A DNA stretch of 64,000 nucleotides from Candidatus Hydrogenedentota bacterium (GCA_034669905.1 JAXMOL010000006.1:133874-197873), one strand, 5' to 3'. Shown: positions 1-10,784, numbered from the stretch's first letter. Made by a program: numbers and translations. Notes: generated by a model not told the origin, from the letters alone.

Positions 1-176
1 TCCTTGAGCAGGTGATGGAACTCACGGAATCCACCAATCGGTCGGAAGCGGTTCGAATCGCCTTGGCGGCCTATATTAAGGAGCAGGAAAAGCAGAAGAT
101 TCTCGCCATGCGTGGCACCGTGGATATGGTGGACAATTGGCGTGAACTGCGTGCGCTGGATACACCGCCGTCGTGA
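1..176 (+). CDS. vapB: VapB-type antitoxin, 5'-partial
   Basis: The frame from nt 3 reads LEQVMELTESTNRSEAVRIALAAYIKEQEKQKILAMRG...PPS*. Its TGA overlaps the GTG of the PIN gene (GTGA). Not in the ORF track. Confidence 0.75.
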   Translation, partial: LEQVMELTESTNRSEAVRIALAAYIKEQEKQKILAMRGTVDMVDNWRELRALDTPPS

Positions 177-550
177 GTGGAGTACTGCTTGATACCAGTG
201 CCTGGATTGATTTCTTACGTCCAGGTGGGGGAGCGCTGGCCGAGCCGGTGGCTGCCCTTATCGAAAGCGATCGGGCCCTGCTATGTGGCGTCGTGGTTAC
301 GGAGTTGCTACACGGGGCGAAAGGCGAACGAGAAGAGGCGCAGATAGGATATTTGATCGCGCGACTTCCCCGGTTGGCCACTACGGAGGAAGACTGGGAA
401 GAAGCCGGTCGATTGTTGAATACATTGCGCCGACGGGGTATCACCGTTCCCCTGACGGATGGATTGATTGCGGTGATTGCCCAACGGTATGACGTGGAAA
501 TCTTGACCGCCGACCAACACTTTCAGCATCTGCCGGTCGTCTTACATTAG
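173..550 (+). CDS. vapC: PIN-domain toxin (VapC)
   Basis: LLDTSAWI N-terminus, ELLHG, D-x-LIA and LTADQHF acidic PIN motifs; 125 aa. Confidence 0.9.
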   Translation: MSGVLLDTSAWIDFLRPGGGALAEPVAALIESDRALLCGVVVTELLHGAKGEREEAQIGYLIARLPRLATTEEDWEEAGRLLNTLRRRGITVPLTDGLIAVIAQRYDVEILTADQHFQHLPVVLH

Positions 551-603
551 GCGCGCGGCATCTCGGGCCAGGTTCTGGCGATACACTTTGGAGAGATTCT
601 CGA

Positions 604-1761
604 ATGCGCTTAACGATCCTATATGGCTGCCTGATAGTACTCAGCTTCACCCTTACCCCGTCGGTTTTCGCCGAGGCCCCGCCCCTGGAGGTGCTCCGCT
701 CTGGCCCGGTGAATGACACGGTTGTGGACGCCGTCACCCCCGGTGGATTGGTCCAGACGACGTCCGGCGACCTGCTCACCACCTTTACCGACAAGGGGGA
801 CTCGGCGGCGGGCTCGAAGTGCTACGTCGTCCGCTCCACGGATGAAGGCAAGACCTGGTCCGCGCCCTATCTCATCGTGGAGCCGAAGAACCCGAAAGAA
901 GGCCTCTTCACCGAACTGGTTCAATTGCCCGATGGGGCCATCCTCATGCTGCTTCTCCGTATCGCCCACGTGGACACCAGCCGGGAGAGCGTCTTCAACT
1001 ACCGGGAATCCACCATCGAGCTGAAGCGGAGCGACGACAACGGCCAGACCTTCAACTCCGTCGGCTTCCTGCCCACGGCACCCCGGGCACTGACCTCTAC
1101 CACGGGGGACCTCTACACCCTCCCCAACGGTGACCTCATCATCCCCGCCTACTGCTATTCTGGCAAGGCCGACGACGAGCCGGGCTATGCCTATGGCGCT
1201 GGCTTCTTTCGGAGCAGGGACGGCGGAAAAGAATGGGGAAGGCTGGAAGTGGTCTTTCAGGATCCCCCCGCCGAAGACGAGACCCGCCAGGGTTTCAACG
1301 AGGAAGCCTTCGCCGTGCGGAAAGACGGCACCATCATCGCCTATGCCCGGGTGGATGTGCACCGAGGAGCCGACTTCAAGCTGAACAATATGTGGCGGTG
1401 TCAGTCCACCGACAATGGAGCCACCTGGAGCACGCCGGAAGAGACGGACATGGTGGGCATTTACCCGACCATCCTGACCCTGCCCTCCGGGGAATTCGTC
1501 ATGGCCTGCGGCATCCGCGATTCCCCCGTCATGCGCCGCACCACCTCGGTGTTTACCAGCACCGACGGCCTGGAATGGTCCTATCGCGGCCATCCCTACT
1601 ATTCACGGACCAAGGGCATCCCCGCCAACTCGGCCACCGGCGGCTCGCAGGATATGATTTCGCTGGGTGACGGCAAGGTCTACATCGTCTTCTACGCCCA
1701 CGACCCCGTCTTGCCAGGGCGGGACAAGACCTACGTGGATGGGTGTCTGTTGGGGCTGTAG
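604..1761 (+). CDS. Secreted BNR/Asp-box sialidase-like beta-propeller protein
   Basis: Signal peptide; Asp-boxes STDEGKTW, SDDNGQTF, SRDGGKEW, STDNGATW, STDGLEW. Confidence 0.8.
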   Translation: MRLTILYGCLIVLSFTLTPSVFAEAPPLEVLRSGPVNDTVVDAVTPGGLVQTTSGDLLTTFTDKGDSAAGSKCYVVRSTDEGKTWSAPYLIVEPKNPKEGLFTELVQLPDGAILMLLLRIAHVDTSRESVFNYRESTIELKRSDDNGQTFNSVGFLPTAPRALTSTTGDLYTLPNGDLIIPAYCYSGKADDEPGYAYGAGFFRSRDGGKEWGRLEVVFQDPPAEDETRQGFNEEAFAVRKDGTIIAYARVDVHRGADFKLNNMWRCQSTDNGATWSTPEETDMVGIYPTILTLPSGEFVMACGIRDSPVMRRTTSVFTSTDGLEWSYRGHPYYSRTKGIPANSATGGSQDMISLGDGKVYIVFYAHDPVLPGRDKTYVDGCLLGL

Positions 1762-1881
1762 GCTGGAAGTCGTGGCGTCCACCGTATTTCGTGGGCGGTT
1801 TGCGTTCATTGATTCCACACCCTCCTTCCGATAGACTCCAAACGAAGGCCATCGCTGAATCACCTACGGGAGCGCAACGCC

Positions 1882-2508
1882 ATGAAACGTCTGCTTGCCA
1901 AGCTGATATCGTTCTTTTCGGCCGGAGGCCACGTGGTAGCGGCAAAGCCCCCGGATCAGGCACCCGTTCCCGACATGGCGTTGCCGGAGATCGATGGGGT
2001 CCTGACCATCGAGCAGTTCTGGGAGATTATCGGAATAGTCCACGGGGCGTCGGGCGACGATTTTGACGTAAAAGAGGCCGCACTGCGGAAGGCCCTGGAG
2101 TCCCTCTCTGCGGAGCATGTGGTCGCCTTCGCGACGTATTTCGATACGTGTGAGGCGCAGGCCTATCGCTGGGACCTCTGGGCAGCGGCCTACATTGTCC
2201 GCGGTGGTTGCTCTGACGATTCCTTTCAGGATTTTCGGGCTTCGCTCATTTGTCAGGGACGTGACCGATTCGAAAGGGTGTTGAAGAATCCTGAGTGTCT
2301 GGCAGACGCCGAATTTGATGGCGTTGCGGAAAAACTCGATTACGAGGGCTTTCAATACGTGCCGTCGGCGGTCTATGAAGAGAAGACGGGGGAGAACTTG
2401 CCGCCCAGCCCCGTTTCACAGCCCGCCGATCCGACGGGGGAGGAATGGGAAGAGGATGAACTGGCCGAGAAGTTTCCAAAACTCTGGGCGAAGTTTGGCG
2501 GGTCCTGA
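1882..2508 (+). CDS. DUF4240-family protein
   Basis: FWEII, LWAAAY..GGCSDDSFQDFRASLI.QG and C-terminal FPKLW motifs. Confidence 0.8.
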   Translation: MKRLLAKLISFFSAGGHVVAAKPPDQAPVPDMALPEIDGVLTIEQFWEIIGIVHGASGDDFDVKEAALRKALESLSAEHVVAFATYFDTCEAQAYRWDLWAAAYIVRGGCSDDSFQDFRASLICQGRDRFERVLKNPECLADAEFDGVAEKLDYEGFQYVPSAVYEEKTGENLPPSPVSQPADPTGEEWEEDELAEKFPKLWAKFGGS

Positions 2509-2559
2509 CCTGTGCGTTTATCTCCATTCAACGAATTGCCGCCATCAAAGAAAGTGACC

Positions 2560-3819
2560 ATGCGAATCTATCCCCCTGTCCACCTCAGAACAATCCTGTT
2601 ATCGGTCGCCGTGTTCATCTGCCTGGCACCTACGCCCGCGGAAGGAGCCGAGAACAAACCAGATCCCGTCTCCGAGACGCCCCATTGGAGCATCCTACCA
2701 GAGCACGGCCAGGCCAAGCCCCGCGTGACCTATGTTCCGGGGCTCAAAATAATTCGGGGCACCACCCAGGTAATTGCGCCCGAACACCGAAGCTTTTGTC
2801 CAGCGGGGAGTGTGTTCACCTTTAACAACGGCGACATCCAAGTTCACGACCAACGTTCGACCGACAGCGGCAAGACGTGGGAGCCCGCGGGGCACATCCT
2901 GGAGAATTCGACGTACCAGTACCCGACGCCCGACAACGAAGTCATCATGTTTCAGTCGTCCTTCTCCAGTGAAGATGCCACGGGCGAAGGGCGCCCGGAA
3001 GTATCGTTGGTGAAGACCGAGGAGGACGGGATCTTTGAGGCAAAATTCTTTCGCTCCAAAGACAATGGCAAGACCCGCGAGAGCGACCCGGCCCGTGTTT
3101 ATCTCCCAGAAGGCATTCGGGATTGGCGTGGCGTCCTCTGTCGTAAAATCGTTGGCCTGCCAGACGGTTCTCTGCTCGTGAGCATGTATACCCGAAACGA
3201 GAAAGGCCCCGTGCACGAAAAGAAATTTCGCAGCCTGGTGCTGCGTTCCACCGACCGGGGCAAGACGTGGCACTATTTGTCCACCATCGCCGTTGACCAT
3301 TCCGAAGAGGCACGGGGCGAGGGTTTCGACGAAACGTCCCTGCTCGTCCTACCCGACGGACGGGTCCAGGCCTACATGCGCTCGGGAGCGAGTTATCAGG
3401 GTTCCATGGGCAGCCACAACTACGGCGATGAGACGGTGGACATGCCCTTTGGCTACGCGAAGCAAACCCCCGTCTATCTGGCTACATCCCTCGACGGTGG
3501 CGTGACCTGGGGGACGCCCGATCCCATTACCCCCTTCGGTACCTGGCCCGATGCCCAGCGCATGAAAAGTGGCGTCATCGCGGTGACCTACGGCCGCCCC
3601 GGAAACTGGCTCATGTTCAGTCAGGACGACGGGATGAGCTGGGGTCCCATCATGCCCTTCTTCCAGGACCTCTATCCGCCCGATTGCGGAAACTATATTT
3701 CAACCTCAGAAATTGCACCCGGGGTACTGCTCGTGGTCTATGCACGCACCAATCCCAACGACCACTGGCAGAGCAGTATCGTGGGCACGTATTTTCACGT
3801 GGTGCCGGATGGGGAATGA
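2560..3819 (+). CDS. Secreted BNR/Asp-box sialidase-like protein
   Basis: Signal peptide after ATG 2560; Asp-boxes STDSGKTW, STDRGKTW, SLDGGVTW, SQDDGMSW. Confidence 0.75.
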   Translation: MRIYPPVHLRTILLSVAVFICLAPTPAEGAENKPDPVSETPHWSILPEHGQAKPRVTYVPGLKIIRGTTQVIAPEHRSFCPAGSVFTFNNGDIQVHDQRSTDSGKTWEPAGHILENSTYQYPTPDNEVIMFQSSFSSEDATGEGRPEVSLVKTEEDGIFEAKFFRSKDNGKTRESDPARVYLPEGIRDWRGVLCRKIVGLPDGSLLVSMYTRNEKGPVHEKKFRSLVLRSTDRGKTWHYLSTIAVDHSEEARGEGFDETSLLVLPDGRVQAYMRSGASYQGSMGSHNYGDETVDMPFGYAKQTPVYLATSLDGGVTWGTPDPITPFGTWPDAQRMKSGVIAVTYGRPGNWLMFSQDDGMSWGPIMPFFQDLYPPDCGNYISTSEIAPGVLLVVYARTNPNDHWQSSIVGTYFHVVPDGE

Positions 3820-4003
3820 AGGGTGTTCTCAGGTTCCTGTGCATGGGGGCAGCGATGGACCGACCCCATTTCATCCGGGTTCGCGATGTCATAAAGCGAC
3901 CCTTCTCGTTCGCAGCCAACCGCTTTTTAATCAAGAATGGCTCGTGACTACGGTCCTCCGTAGTCATGCATACCATGCCGCTATTGCGGCGACACGCCTT
4001 GGG

Positions 4004-4465
4004 CGAGGCCCGTATGTCGCGGATACGTTCGAGGAGCTCGTCGAAATAGTCCGCCCCGAGGTTCCGCCCTTCCTTGAGGCGCTCATCGTCCATGGCGAAA
4101 CCCTTGACCAGATAGTCCCGTAATCGTTCCGTCGCCCAGCGGCGGAACTGAGTGCCCCGGTGGGACCGGGCCCGATAGCCCACCGCGATGATGACCTCAA
4201 GATTATAGTGCTTCAAGGAGCGGCGAACCTTTCGCTCACCCTCCTGTTGAACTTGTAAGTAATGCTTACAAGTTGCCTGCTCCTCGGCCTCCGCCTCTTC
4301 GTAAATCGTTTTGATGTGGAGGGTTATGTTCTGAGGCGTCGCCTGGAACAGCTCCGCCATTTGCGCCTGGGTCAACCAGACCGTCTCGTCCTCCAGCCGC
4401 ACGTCAATACGCGTACGGCCCCCTTCGGGCTGGTAGATCAGGATTTGGGATTCTGGTTCGGGCAT
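4004..4465 (-). pseudogene. rhuM: Truncated RhuM-family (virulence RhuM) gene
   Basis: ETVWLTQAQMAELF, HYNLEVIIAVGYR, TQFRRWAT and DYFDELLERIRDIRAS match RhuM. Similarity stops near 4004 and the frame continues antisense into the BNR gene. Confidence 0.7.
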
Positions 4466-4784
4466 GGCTATCTTTCTCACATGCTTGTTCGGCCATCAAG
4501 GTAATTGACCGCGCTAAGGTGTCTAAAATAGCATAGCCTGTTTCCTGCATTCTCGTTGACTGAATGGGCGCGACACTGGCACGAGATTCCATCCTATCAA
4601 ATCGTCAGCTTCTTGATGTGATGGTAAGCGTTGGTTTTTGTCGACCAATTCAAATACCTATCAAATACGGAAGCGGTTGACGCGATGCGTCTTAGATATT
4701 GACATGGGCTTTGTAGCGAGTTCCCATCAAACAAAATTGCCCTTTAACCAACACCAATGGAGACGTTCCGATCCGGAAACTGTC

Positions 4785-5072
4785 ATGAGCGAAATATTTC
4801 AAAGCATTAAAAAAGGCCTCGAGGAAGTTGTCGCCTATTCCGAAGGGCGTTGCTCCGAGGCGGTGGTTCACGAGGTGACGCCCCTGGATGTGAAAGCCAT
4901 TCGGGCGCGGGTGCGCATGAGCCAATCCGAGTTCGCCTCGGCCTTTGGCATCAGTGTGAGTACCTTGCGTCATTGGGAGCGCGGCGACCGGAAGCCGCAA
5001 GGGCCTGCGCTGGTGTTGTTGAATATCGTGGCGCGGGAGCCGGAGATGGTATTGCGGGTGTTGGCGGGGTAA
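4785..5072 (+). CDS. Xre/HTH antitoxin-like regulator (HigA2/NadS type)
   Basis: MSEIFQSIKKGLEE...DVKAIR...SQSEFA..FGISVSTLRHWERGDRKPQGPA. Confidence 0.8.
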   Translation: MSEIFQSIKKGLEEVVAYSEGRCSEAVVHEVTPLDVKAIRARVRMSQSEFASAFGISVSTLRHWERGDRKPQGPALVLLNIVAREPEMVLRVLAG

Positions 5073-5137
5073 GGGAGCGCGTAGCCTGTCTCGCGTGTTG
5101 GAGGCATGAGGTGGAGCAGTATGAGATTGGAAATGTA

Positions 5138-5205
5138 TTAACCACAGAGAACGCAGAGATCACAAAGAAGCCTATCTCTGTGCTCTTTGCGTTCTCTGTG
5201 GTTAA
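5138..5205. repeat. 9-nt-periodic inverted repeat (CAGAG core)
   Basis: TTAACCACAGAG-AACGCAGAG-ATCACAAAG ... CTCTGTG-CTCTTTGCG-TTCTCTGTGGTTAA. Confidence 0.85.
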
Positions 5206-5220
5206 AGAAAATGCCCAGTT

Positions 5221-5262
5221 AAAAACGCGGGCGATCCACCGTGGTGAATCGCCCGCGTTGTT
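5221..5262 (-). terminator. Intrinsic terminator of ilvD, possibly bidirectional
   Basis: AAAAACGCGGGCGAT...ATCGCCCGCGTTGTT hairpin between convergent genes. Confidence 0.7.
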
Positions 5263-5283
5263 GTTCTTAAACTTGCTGGAACC

Positions 5284-6996
5284 CTACAGGTCCAGATACT
5301 TATCCGTTACCGCGCCTTCAGAAGCCGAGGCCACGAGCTTGGCATACTTCGCGAGCACGCCGTTTTTATAGCGGGCTTCGGGGGCTTTCCAGGCGGCGCG
5401 GCGTTTGGCGATTTCCCCCTCGTCGATGCCGAGGTTGATGGTGTGGGCGACGGCGTCGATGGTGATGGGGTCGCCGTCTTCGACGAGGGCGATGAGTCCC
5501 CCTTCCTGGGCTTCGGGGGTGATGTGACCCACCACGAATCCGTGGCTACCGCCGGAGAAGCGGCCGTCGGTGATGAGGGCGACGTCGCTGCCGAGTCCTT
5601 TACCCATGACCGCTGCCGTGGGGGCGAGCATCTCGCGCATGCCGGGTCCGCCTTTGGGGCCTTCATAGCGGATAACGATGACGTGGCCCTTCTGGATGGT
5701 GCCGTCGAGGATGCACTTGAGGGCGGCCTCTTCGGAGTCGTAGCAGCGGGCTTCGCCGGTGAAGCTCGTGCCTTCGTTACCGGAAATCTTGGCGACCGCG
5801 CCGGTCTCGGCCAGGTTGCCATAGAGGACGACGAGGTGGCCTTCCGGCTTCTTGGGATTGTCGAAGGAGCGGACCACGTCCTGGCCTTCGGGGTAGGTGC
5901 CTACGCCGGCGAGGTTTTCGGCGAGGGTCTTGCCCGTAACCGTGAGGCAGTCGCCGTGGAGGAGGCCCTTGTCGAGGAGCATCTTCATGAGGGGGGGCAG
6001 GCCGCCGATTTTCACGAGCTCGTTCATGACGTACTTGCCGCTGGGCTTGAGGTCCGCCAGGACGGGGACGTTCTGGCCGATGCGGGTGAAGTCGTCGATG
6101 TGGAGGTCCACTTCCGCCGTGTGGGCCATGGCGAGGAGGTGAAGCACGGCATTCGTGGAACCGCCAAGCGCCGTAACCACGGTAATGGCGTTTTCAAAGG
6201 CCTTCTTCGTGAGGATGTCGCGGGGGCGGATGTTGTTCTTGATGCAGTGCATGACCGCCGCACCGGCTTCCTGGCAATCTTGGGCCTTGTCTTTGGAGAT
6301 GGCGGCCTGGGCGGAGCTGTTGGGCAGGCTGAGGCCCAGGGCTTCGATGGCGGAGGCCATGGTGTTGGCCGTGTACATGCCGCCACAGGAACCGGCACCG
6401 GGGATAGCGCAGGATTCAATGGCCTTGAGTCCCGCGTCGTCGAGACGGCCATTGGCGTGTTCGCCCACGGCTTCAAAGACGGAGACGATATCGACGGGCT
6501 TGCCATTGTGATCGCCCGGCATGATGGTGCCGCCATAAACGAAGACGGAGGGGCGATTGAGGCGGGCCATGGCCATGACGCAGCCGGGCATGTTTTTGTC
6601 GCAACCGCCGATGGCGACAAAACCGTCGAGGTTTTCACAGGCGATAACCGTCTCGATGGAATCGGCAATGACTTCGCGGGAGACGAGGGAGTATTTCATG
6701 CCCTCCGTACCCATGGAGATACCGTCCGAGATGGTGATGGTGTTGAAGATGATGCCCTTGCCGCCGGCTTTGTTCACACCCAGCTCGGCTTCCCGTGCCA
6801 GCACGTCGATGTGCATGTTGCAAGGGGTGACCATGCTCCACGTGGAAGCCACGCCGATCATGTTCTTCTTGAAATCCTCATCGCCAAAGCCCACGGCCCG
6901 CAGCATGGAGCGGCTCGGAGCCCGTTCGGGGGATTCAGAAATCTGTTTCGAAAATTGACGATCCGCGTCGGGCGTGTTGCCGCCTGTGGGGGCCAT
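5284..6996 (-). CDS. ilvD: Dihydroxy-acid dehydratase
   Basis: [59 protein letters not shown]. Confidence 0.97.
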   Translation of the reverse strand: MAPTGGNTPDADRQFSKQISESPERAPSRSMLRAVGFGDEDFKKNMIGVASTWSMVTPCNMHIDVLAREAELGVNKAGGKGIIFNTITISDGISMGTEGMKYSLVSREVIADSIETVIACENLDGFVAIGGCDKNMPGCVMAMARLNRPSVFVYGGTIMPGDHNGKPVDIVSVFEAVGEHANGRLDDAGLKAIESCAIPGAGSCGGMYTANTMASAIEALGLSLPNSSAQAAISKDKAQDCQEAGAAVMHCIKNNIRPRDILTKKAFENAITVVTALGGSTNAVLHLLAMAHTAEVDLHIDDFTRIGQNVPVLADLKPSGKYVMNELVKIGGLPPLMKMLLDKGLLHGDCLTVTGKTLAENLAGVGTYPEGQDVVRSFDNPKKPEGHLVVLYGNLAETGAVAKISGNEGTSFTGEARCYDSEEAALKCILDGTIQKGHVIVIRYEGPKGGPGMREMLAPTAAVMGKGLGSDVALITDGRFSGGSHGFVVGHITPEAQEGGLIALVEDGDPITIDAVAHTINLGIDEGEIAKRRAAWKAPEARYKNGVLAKYAKLVASASEGAVTDKYLDL

Positions 6997-7089
6997 GGGT
7001 ACTCTCCTTTATCATTCGTGTCCTGAAAATAGAATAATCGGCGTGTCTGGGAAGACACGGACTATGCGCATGCGAGGGAAACGGGATTA

Positions 7090-7172
7090 TAGCAGTTGAC
7101 AATTGATAGTTGATAATTGACGGAAAAGAAATGAATAGTGAATTGAGAATAGTGAATTTGGAATTTTGATTG
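7090..7172. repeat. Degenerate 7-nt tandem arrays (TGAYART / TGAATAG type)
   Basis: TGACAAT-TGATAGT-TGATAAT, then TGAATAG-TGAATTG-AGAATAG-TGAATTT-GGAATTT. Confidence 0.8.
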
Positions 7173-7338
7173 GGTGGATCGTGTAGGGAGTTGAGGTGGT
7201 CTCCATGGGGCCTGCTCCGGGGGGAGTAGCCATTGGAGTAAAGCCTACTCCTGTCGAAGCAATTTGGAGGGGGCACAACGCCTTTGCTAAGCTCGCCTTT
7301 GTTGCGCAAATGGTCTCGACCAGAAAGGTGTGTCATCA

Positions 7339-7803
7339 ATGAAACGAATCGACATCTATTTCGTGCTTGCAAGCCTGTGCGTGTCCGCTGTCGCATGTTC
7401 AGTACGGCAAGAAATTAAGCGCAATGTGCCACAGGGATGGAATACGGTTTCCGTTCACAACCTCTTCACGTTTGATGCGCCGCCCAGTATCAACGAGATT
7501 CCTGTTCAAGGTATCGATTCGTTGGTCGGGAAATACGAAATTGACGGCATCGAGCTGTGGTACGACTATGGACAGTATTCTTCCACGTTGGAGGAGTATT
7601 CTGATCACCCGGGCTACATGCGACAGAAGGTCACAGTTGATGGTCGGAAAGCCGACTTGGTGCAGACGAATGACGGACACATGAGAATCGCGTTTTCGGG
7701 AGTGTCCGGCGGTTCGACACTGACCCTGTCGGCGTCATATTCCATGCCGAGTTCGGGTGACACAGTGCGGAAGATACTTGAGAGTGTCCAGTTTGCAAAG
7801 TAG
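7339..7803 (+). CDS. Hypothetical lipoprotein
   Basis: Signal peptide ending SAVAC; visibly less GC-rich than its neighbours. Confidence 0.6.
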   Translation: MKRIDIYFVLASLCVSAVACSVRQEIKRNVPQGWNTVSVHNLFTFDAPPSINEIPVQGIDSLVGKYEIDGIELWYDYGQYSSTLEEYSDHPGYMRQKVTVDGRKADLVQTNDGHMRIAFSGVSGGSTLTLSASYSMPSSGDTVRKILESVQFAK

Positions 7804-7863
7804 TCTCGGCTGGTACCATCGCGGCTACGACCGAATACAACTACACCCAGGAGAACCGGCAAC

Positions 7864-8223
7864 GTGTCCGAGGCAACGAGGCAAACAATCCACGCCTATT
7901 GGCGAGGATGGCAGACGAAAGATTTCACCGCCATGCGGGCGGCCCTGGCCGATGAGGTGGTGGCCGATGCAGCGCTTTTTCGTGTCGAAGGGGCGGACCG
8001 CTTTGTGGCGATGTGTGCCGACGGTCCCGCCTGGCGGGAGGTGGTGATGGTGGATGAGCTGTACACGGAAGGCCACGCCGCCATCCTCTATGAAGGCATC
8101 AACACGGCCAACGAACAGCGCATGCGGGTGGCGGAACTCATCCGGTTGGAAGACGGTAAGATTACCGAGATTCAATCGTGTCTGAGCCCGTTGACCATGT
8201 TGGCGGGGGCCGTGAAGAAATAA
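7864..8223 (+). CDS. SnoaL/NTF2-like protein
   Basis: 119 aa; DFTAMRAALADEV N-terminus and EDGKITEI C-terminus; GGAG RBS. Confidence 0.75.
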   Translation: MSEATRQTIHAYWRGWQTKDFTAMRAALADEVVADAALFRVEGADRFVAMCADGPAWREVVMVDELYTEGHAAILYEGINTANEQRMRVAELIRLEDGKITEIQSCLSPLTMLAGAVKK

Positions 8224-8232
8224 GAAGACATT

Positions 8233-8388
8233 TTGACCACGGATGTAACGGATATCACGGATGAAGAAAGATAGAATACAAATAGGATGGACCCAATTAG
8301 AATCTCGTTGCTTCGGAATGTTCGAGGGGCTACTGTCGGAAGGCTTCCGTCCCTAGGCATCCGTGTTATCCGGTTTATCCGTGGTCAA
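8233..8388. repeat. 9-nt-periodic inverted repeat (CGGAT core)
   Basis: TTGACCACGGAT-GTAACGGAT-ATCACGGATG ... CATCCGTGTT-ATCCGGTTT-ATCCGTGGTCAA. Confidence 0.85.
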
Positions 8389-8782
8389 TTATTTGGTTGC
8401 AGCCTTCGGCTGCTTCGTGTTCTATGCGTTCTTTTTGGTTAGAAAACGTTTCCACGTTTTCACCCTTGCGAGGCCTGAAAAGGTAGTCTGTGTTCTGCGC
8501 CTGAAGCCAATAATGATTCTGGTGCTTGAGCGTCAAGGCACCCGAACCCGACCGGCGGTCGGTTGGGATCGGGTGGCACCATCGCGCTGACGATGTTGGC
8601 GTGCGCGTCCACAAAAAGTACATCGACCACGGGCCGATTTCAATGGGATCGCGTGGTAACACCCGGGCCATATCCTTTTGGTGGCCTAAGCAGGTATTAT
8701 CATCAGGGGTCAGGGACTACGTTTTGTGTGGGGCGTGCCTGCGGCGCGCTACGAAGGAAAAACACGACAAGGAATCTTGGGT

Positions 8783-9592
8783 ATGAGCATTGGGAGAATT
8801 GGCTGTGTGGTGGCCCTCGCAATGGGCGTGTTAGTGGGCTCTTTCGTCGCGGCAGCCGAGGTTACCGAATCCACTCAGTTTGGGGCGCAACGGCTGGACT
8901 TCATGGTGGGCGAGACACCGGGTTTTGTTATCGTGCCGCCGACGTTGAAGGGCGAGGGAAATCACCCCTGGCTCTGGTACGCGCCTACTTTCATTGGACA
9001 CCTGCCCGACCCGAGTCATAGCTTCTGCTTTAAGCCCTTGCTCGAAGCGGGTTTTTTCATCGTGGGCGTGGAAGTGGGGGAGTCCTACGGCAGCCCCAAG
9101 GGTACAGCCCAATACCAGGCCTTCTATGAACACATCGTGGCGACCTACGGCTTGTCGCCGAAGGCGGCCCTCCTGCCCCAGAGCCGGGGCGGACTCATGC
9201 TCTACATCTGGGCCGCGGAACATCCCGATTCGGTGGCGTGTGTGGCAGGGATTTATACGGTGTGTAATCTCGATAGTTACCCTGGCCTGGAGAAAGCCGC
9301 ACCCGCCTATGAACTGACCACCGAGCAGCTCGCGGCAGATTTGGCGAAGTACAATCCCATCGACCGCGTAGCGCCCCTGGTGGCGGCCAAGGTGCCCATC
9401 TTCCACATTCATGGCGATTCGGATGCCGTGGTGCCCATCGAAGAAAATGCAGGTGAGTTGGTCAAGCGCTACAAGGCCGCAGGGGGCGAAGCGACGATGA
9501 AGGTCGTTCCCGGCAAGGGACATGAGGTCTGCGACGAGTTTTTTAAGGACGGGGACTTTCTGGCGTTCATATTGTCCCATGGACGGGGTTAA
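8783..9592 (+). CDS. Secreted alpha/beta hydrolase (S9/esterase-like)
   Basis: Signal peptide; QSRGG nucleophile elbow, HGDSDAVVP and GKGH triad motifs. Confidence 0.8.
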   Translation: MSIGRIGCVVALAMGVLVGSFVAAAEVTESTQFGAQRLDFMVGETPGFVIVPPTLKGEGNHPWLWYAPTFIGHLPDPSHSFCFKPLLEAGFFIVGVEVGESYGSPKGTAQYQAFYEHIVATYGLSPKAALLPQSRGGLMLYIWAAEHPDSVACVAGIYTVCNLDSYPGLEKAAPAYELTTEQLAADLAKYNPIDRVAPLVAAKVPIFHIHGDSDAVVPIEENAGELVKRYKAAGGEATMKVVPGKGHEVCDEFFKDGDFLAFILSHGRG

Positions 9593-9682
9593 TGCCTTTT
9601 CATCGCGCATCGTGCTCTATGGAGCGCCGGCGGCCCGCCGGCCTTACGTCGAAGACGTAAGCAATTCAGATCGTGCCCGTCC

Positions 9683-10663
9683 CTACGTCGGCACGTGCTC
9701 AATCAAGACCAAGGTGTCGTCCACCTTCACCATCTTCGATGGCTCGGGGTGGCGGGTGAAGGTGCCGTCGGGGTGGCGGATGGCGACGACGAGGTGGGGG
9801 TGGTCCCGTTCGTGCTCCACGAAGCCCACGTTGTTGTTCACATATTTGGAGTAGGGGGAGACGTGGATTTCGATGAGCTGTACGCCCAGTTGGGTGAGGT
9901 CATCGTTCAGCCCGCTCTTGGTCTCCAGGTTGTCGAGCAGGTGGGCCGTGGTGGGTTGGGCGATCATGCTGGCGATGCGCAACCCCCCAATGGCCGCGGG
10001 CAAGACCACCTGGTCGGCCCCGGCCTGGCGCAACTTCTTTTCCGTGGAGGGCGCCTCACCCCGGGCCATGATCTGGAGTTTGGGGTTCATGTTTCGGGCG
10101 CTCAGGGTGATGAAGACATTCACCGCATCATTGGGCAAAACCGTCGCCAGGGTCGCCGCATGTTCCACCCGGGCTTCCGAAAGATAGCGTTCATCGGTGG
10201 CGTCCCCCTCGATGACCATGTAATCCCGGAGGCGCGCCGCCTCAACCCGGTCTTCGTCCTGTTCCAAAATGACAAAGGGATGTTCGCCGAGATGAAGCTC
10301 CCGGGCGATGATTTGTCCGATCCGGCCGAAGCCACAGATGATGGCGTGCCCCGTGAGCTGCCCGATTTCTTTGGCCCGTTTCCGGTCCCCCAGTTTTCTA
10401 TCGATTTCCCCTTCCATCACCATCTGAATAAACCCTCCTGAGACATAAAGTACGGAGCTGCATCCTACGACAATCACGAACATGGTAAAGATTCGGGCGA
10501 GGGGGGTGTTCACGGGCCCGATCTCGCCATAGCCTACGCTGAACAAGGTGATGACCACCATATAGGCCGCATCAACCAGGGTGTCGCCCTGAAACATATA
10601 GACTACCGTGGCCAAGCAGAAGGTGACCGCGAGGATGGTCAGCCCAACGGTGATGCGTTTCAT
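9683..10663 (-). CDS. Potassium channel with RCK (TrkA-N/TrkA-C) domains
   Basis: Two transmembrane segments with a SVGYG filter; ICGFGRIG and GDATD RCK motifs. Confidence 0.9.
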   Translation of the reverse strand: MKRITVGLTILAVTFCLATVVYMFQGDTLVDAAYMVVITLFSVGYGEIGPVNTPLARIFTMFVIVVGCSSVLYVSGGFIQMVMEGEIDRKLGDRKRAKEIGQLTGHAIICGFGRIGQIIARELHLGEHPFVILEQDEDRVEAARLRDYMVIEGDATDERYLSEARVEHAATLATVLPNDAVNVFITLSARNMNPKLQIMARGEAPSTEKKLRQAGADQVVLPAAIGGLRIASMIAQPTTAHLLDNLETKSGLNDDLTQLGVQLIEIHVSPYSKYVNNNVGFVEHERDHPHLVVAIRHPDGTFTRHPEPSKMVKVDDTLVLIEHVPT

Positions 10664-10784
10664 GGGGGTCTGGAGGGTGTCTGGCACAGTCGTTGCTCTG
10701 TCGTCGTAGATGTTGACCCACTGATCGGACGGGTGTCTGAGGCGCGGCCGGGTGGGATGGGTCTTACGGAGCAAGAAACACGCC

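Noticed and set aside
3650..4003. C-terminal extension of the RhuM ORF as a novel domain
   Set aside because: It overlaps the BNR gene antisense and looks like read-through into non-coding DNA.
4577..4591. TGGCACG as a sigma54 promoter (also TGGCAC near 32386)
   Set aside because: The -12 GC dinucleotide is absent.
5138..5205. Periodic inverted repeats as CRISPR or plain terminators
   Set aside because: No repeat-spacer structure, and separate canonical terminators lie next to them (5221, 15998).
5443..7026. Long antisense ORFs, here and opposite acn, dnaK, dnaJ, cfa, plsX, DUF1501 and others
   Set aside because: Shadow frames of GC-rich genes with no recognisable motifs; the opposite strand carries clear family signatures.
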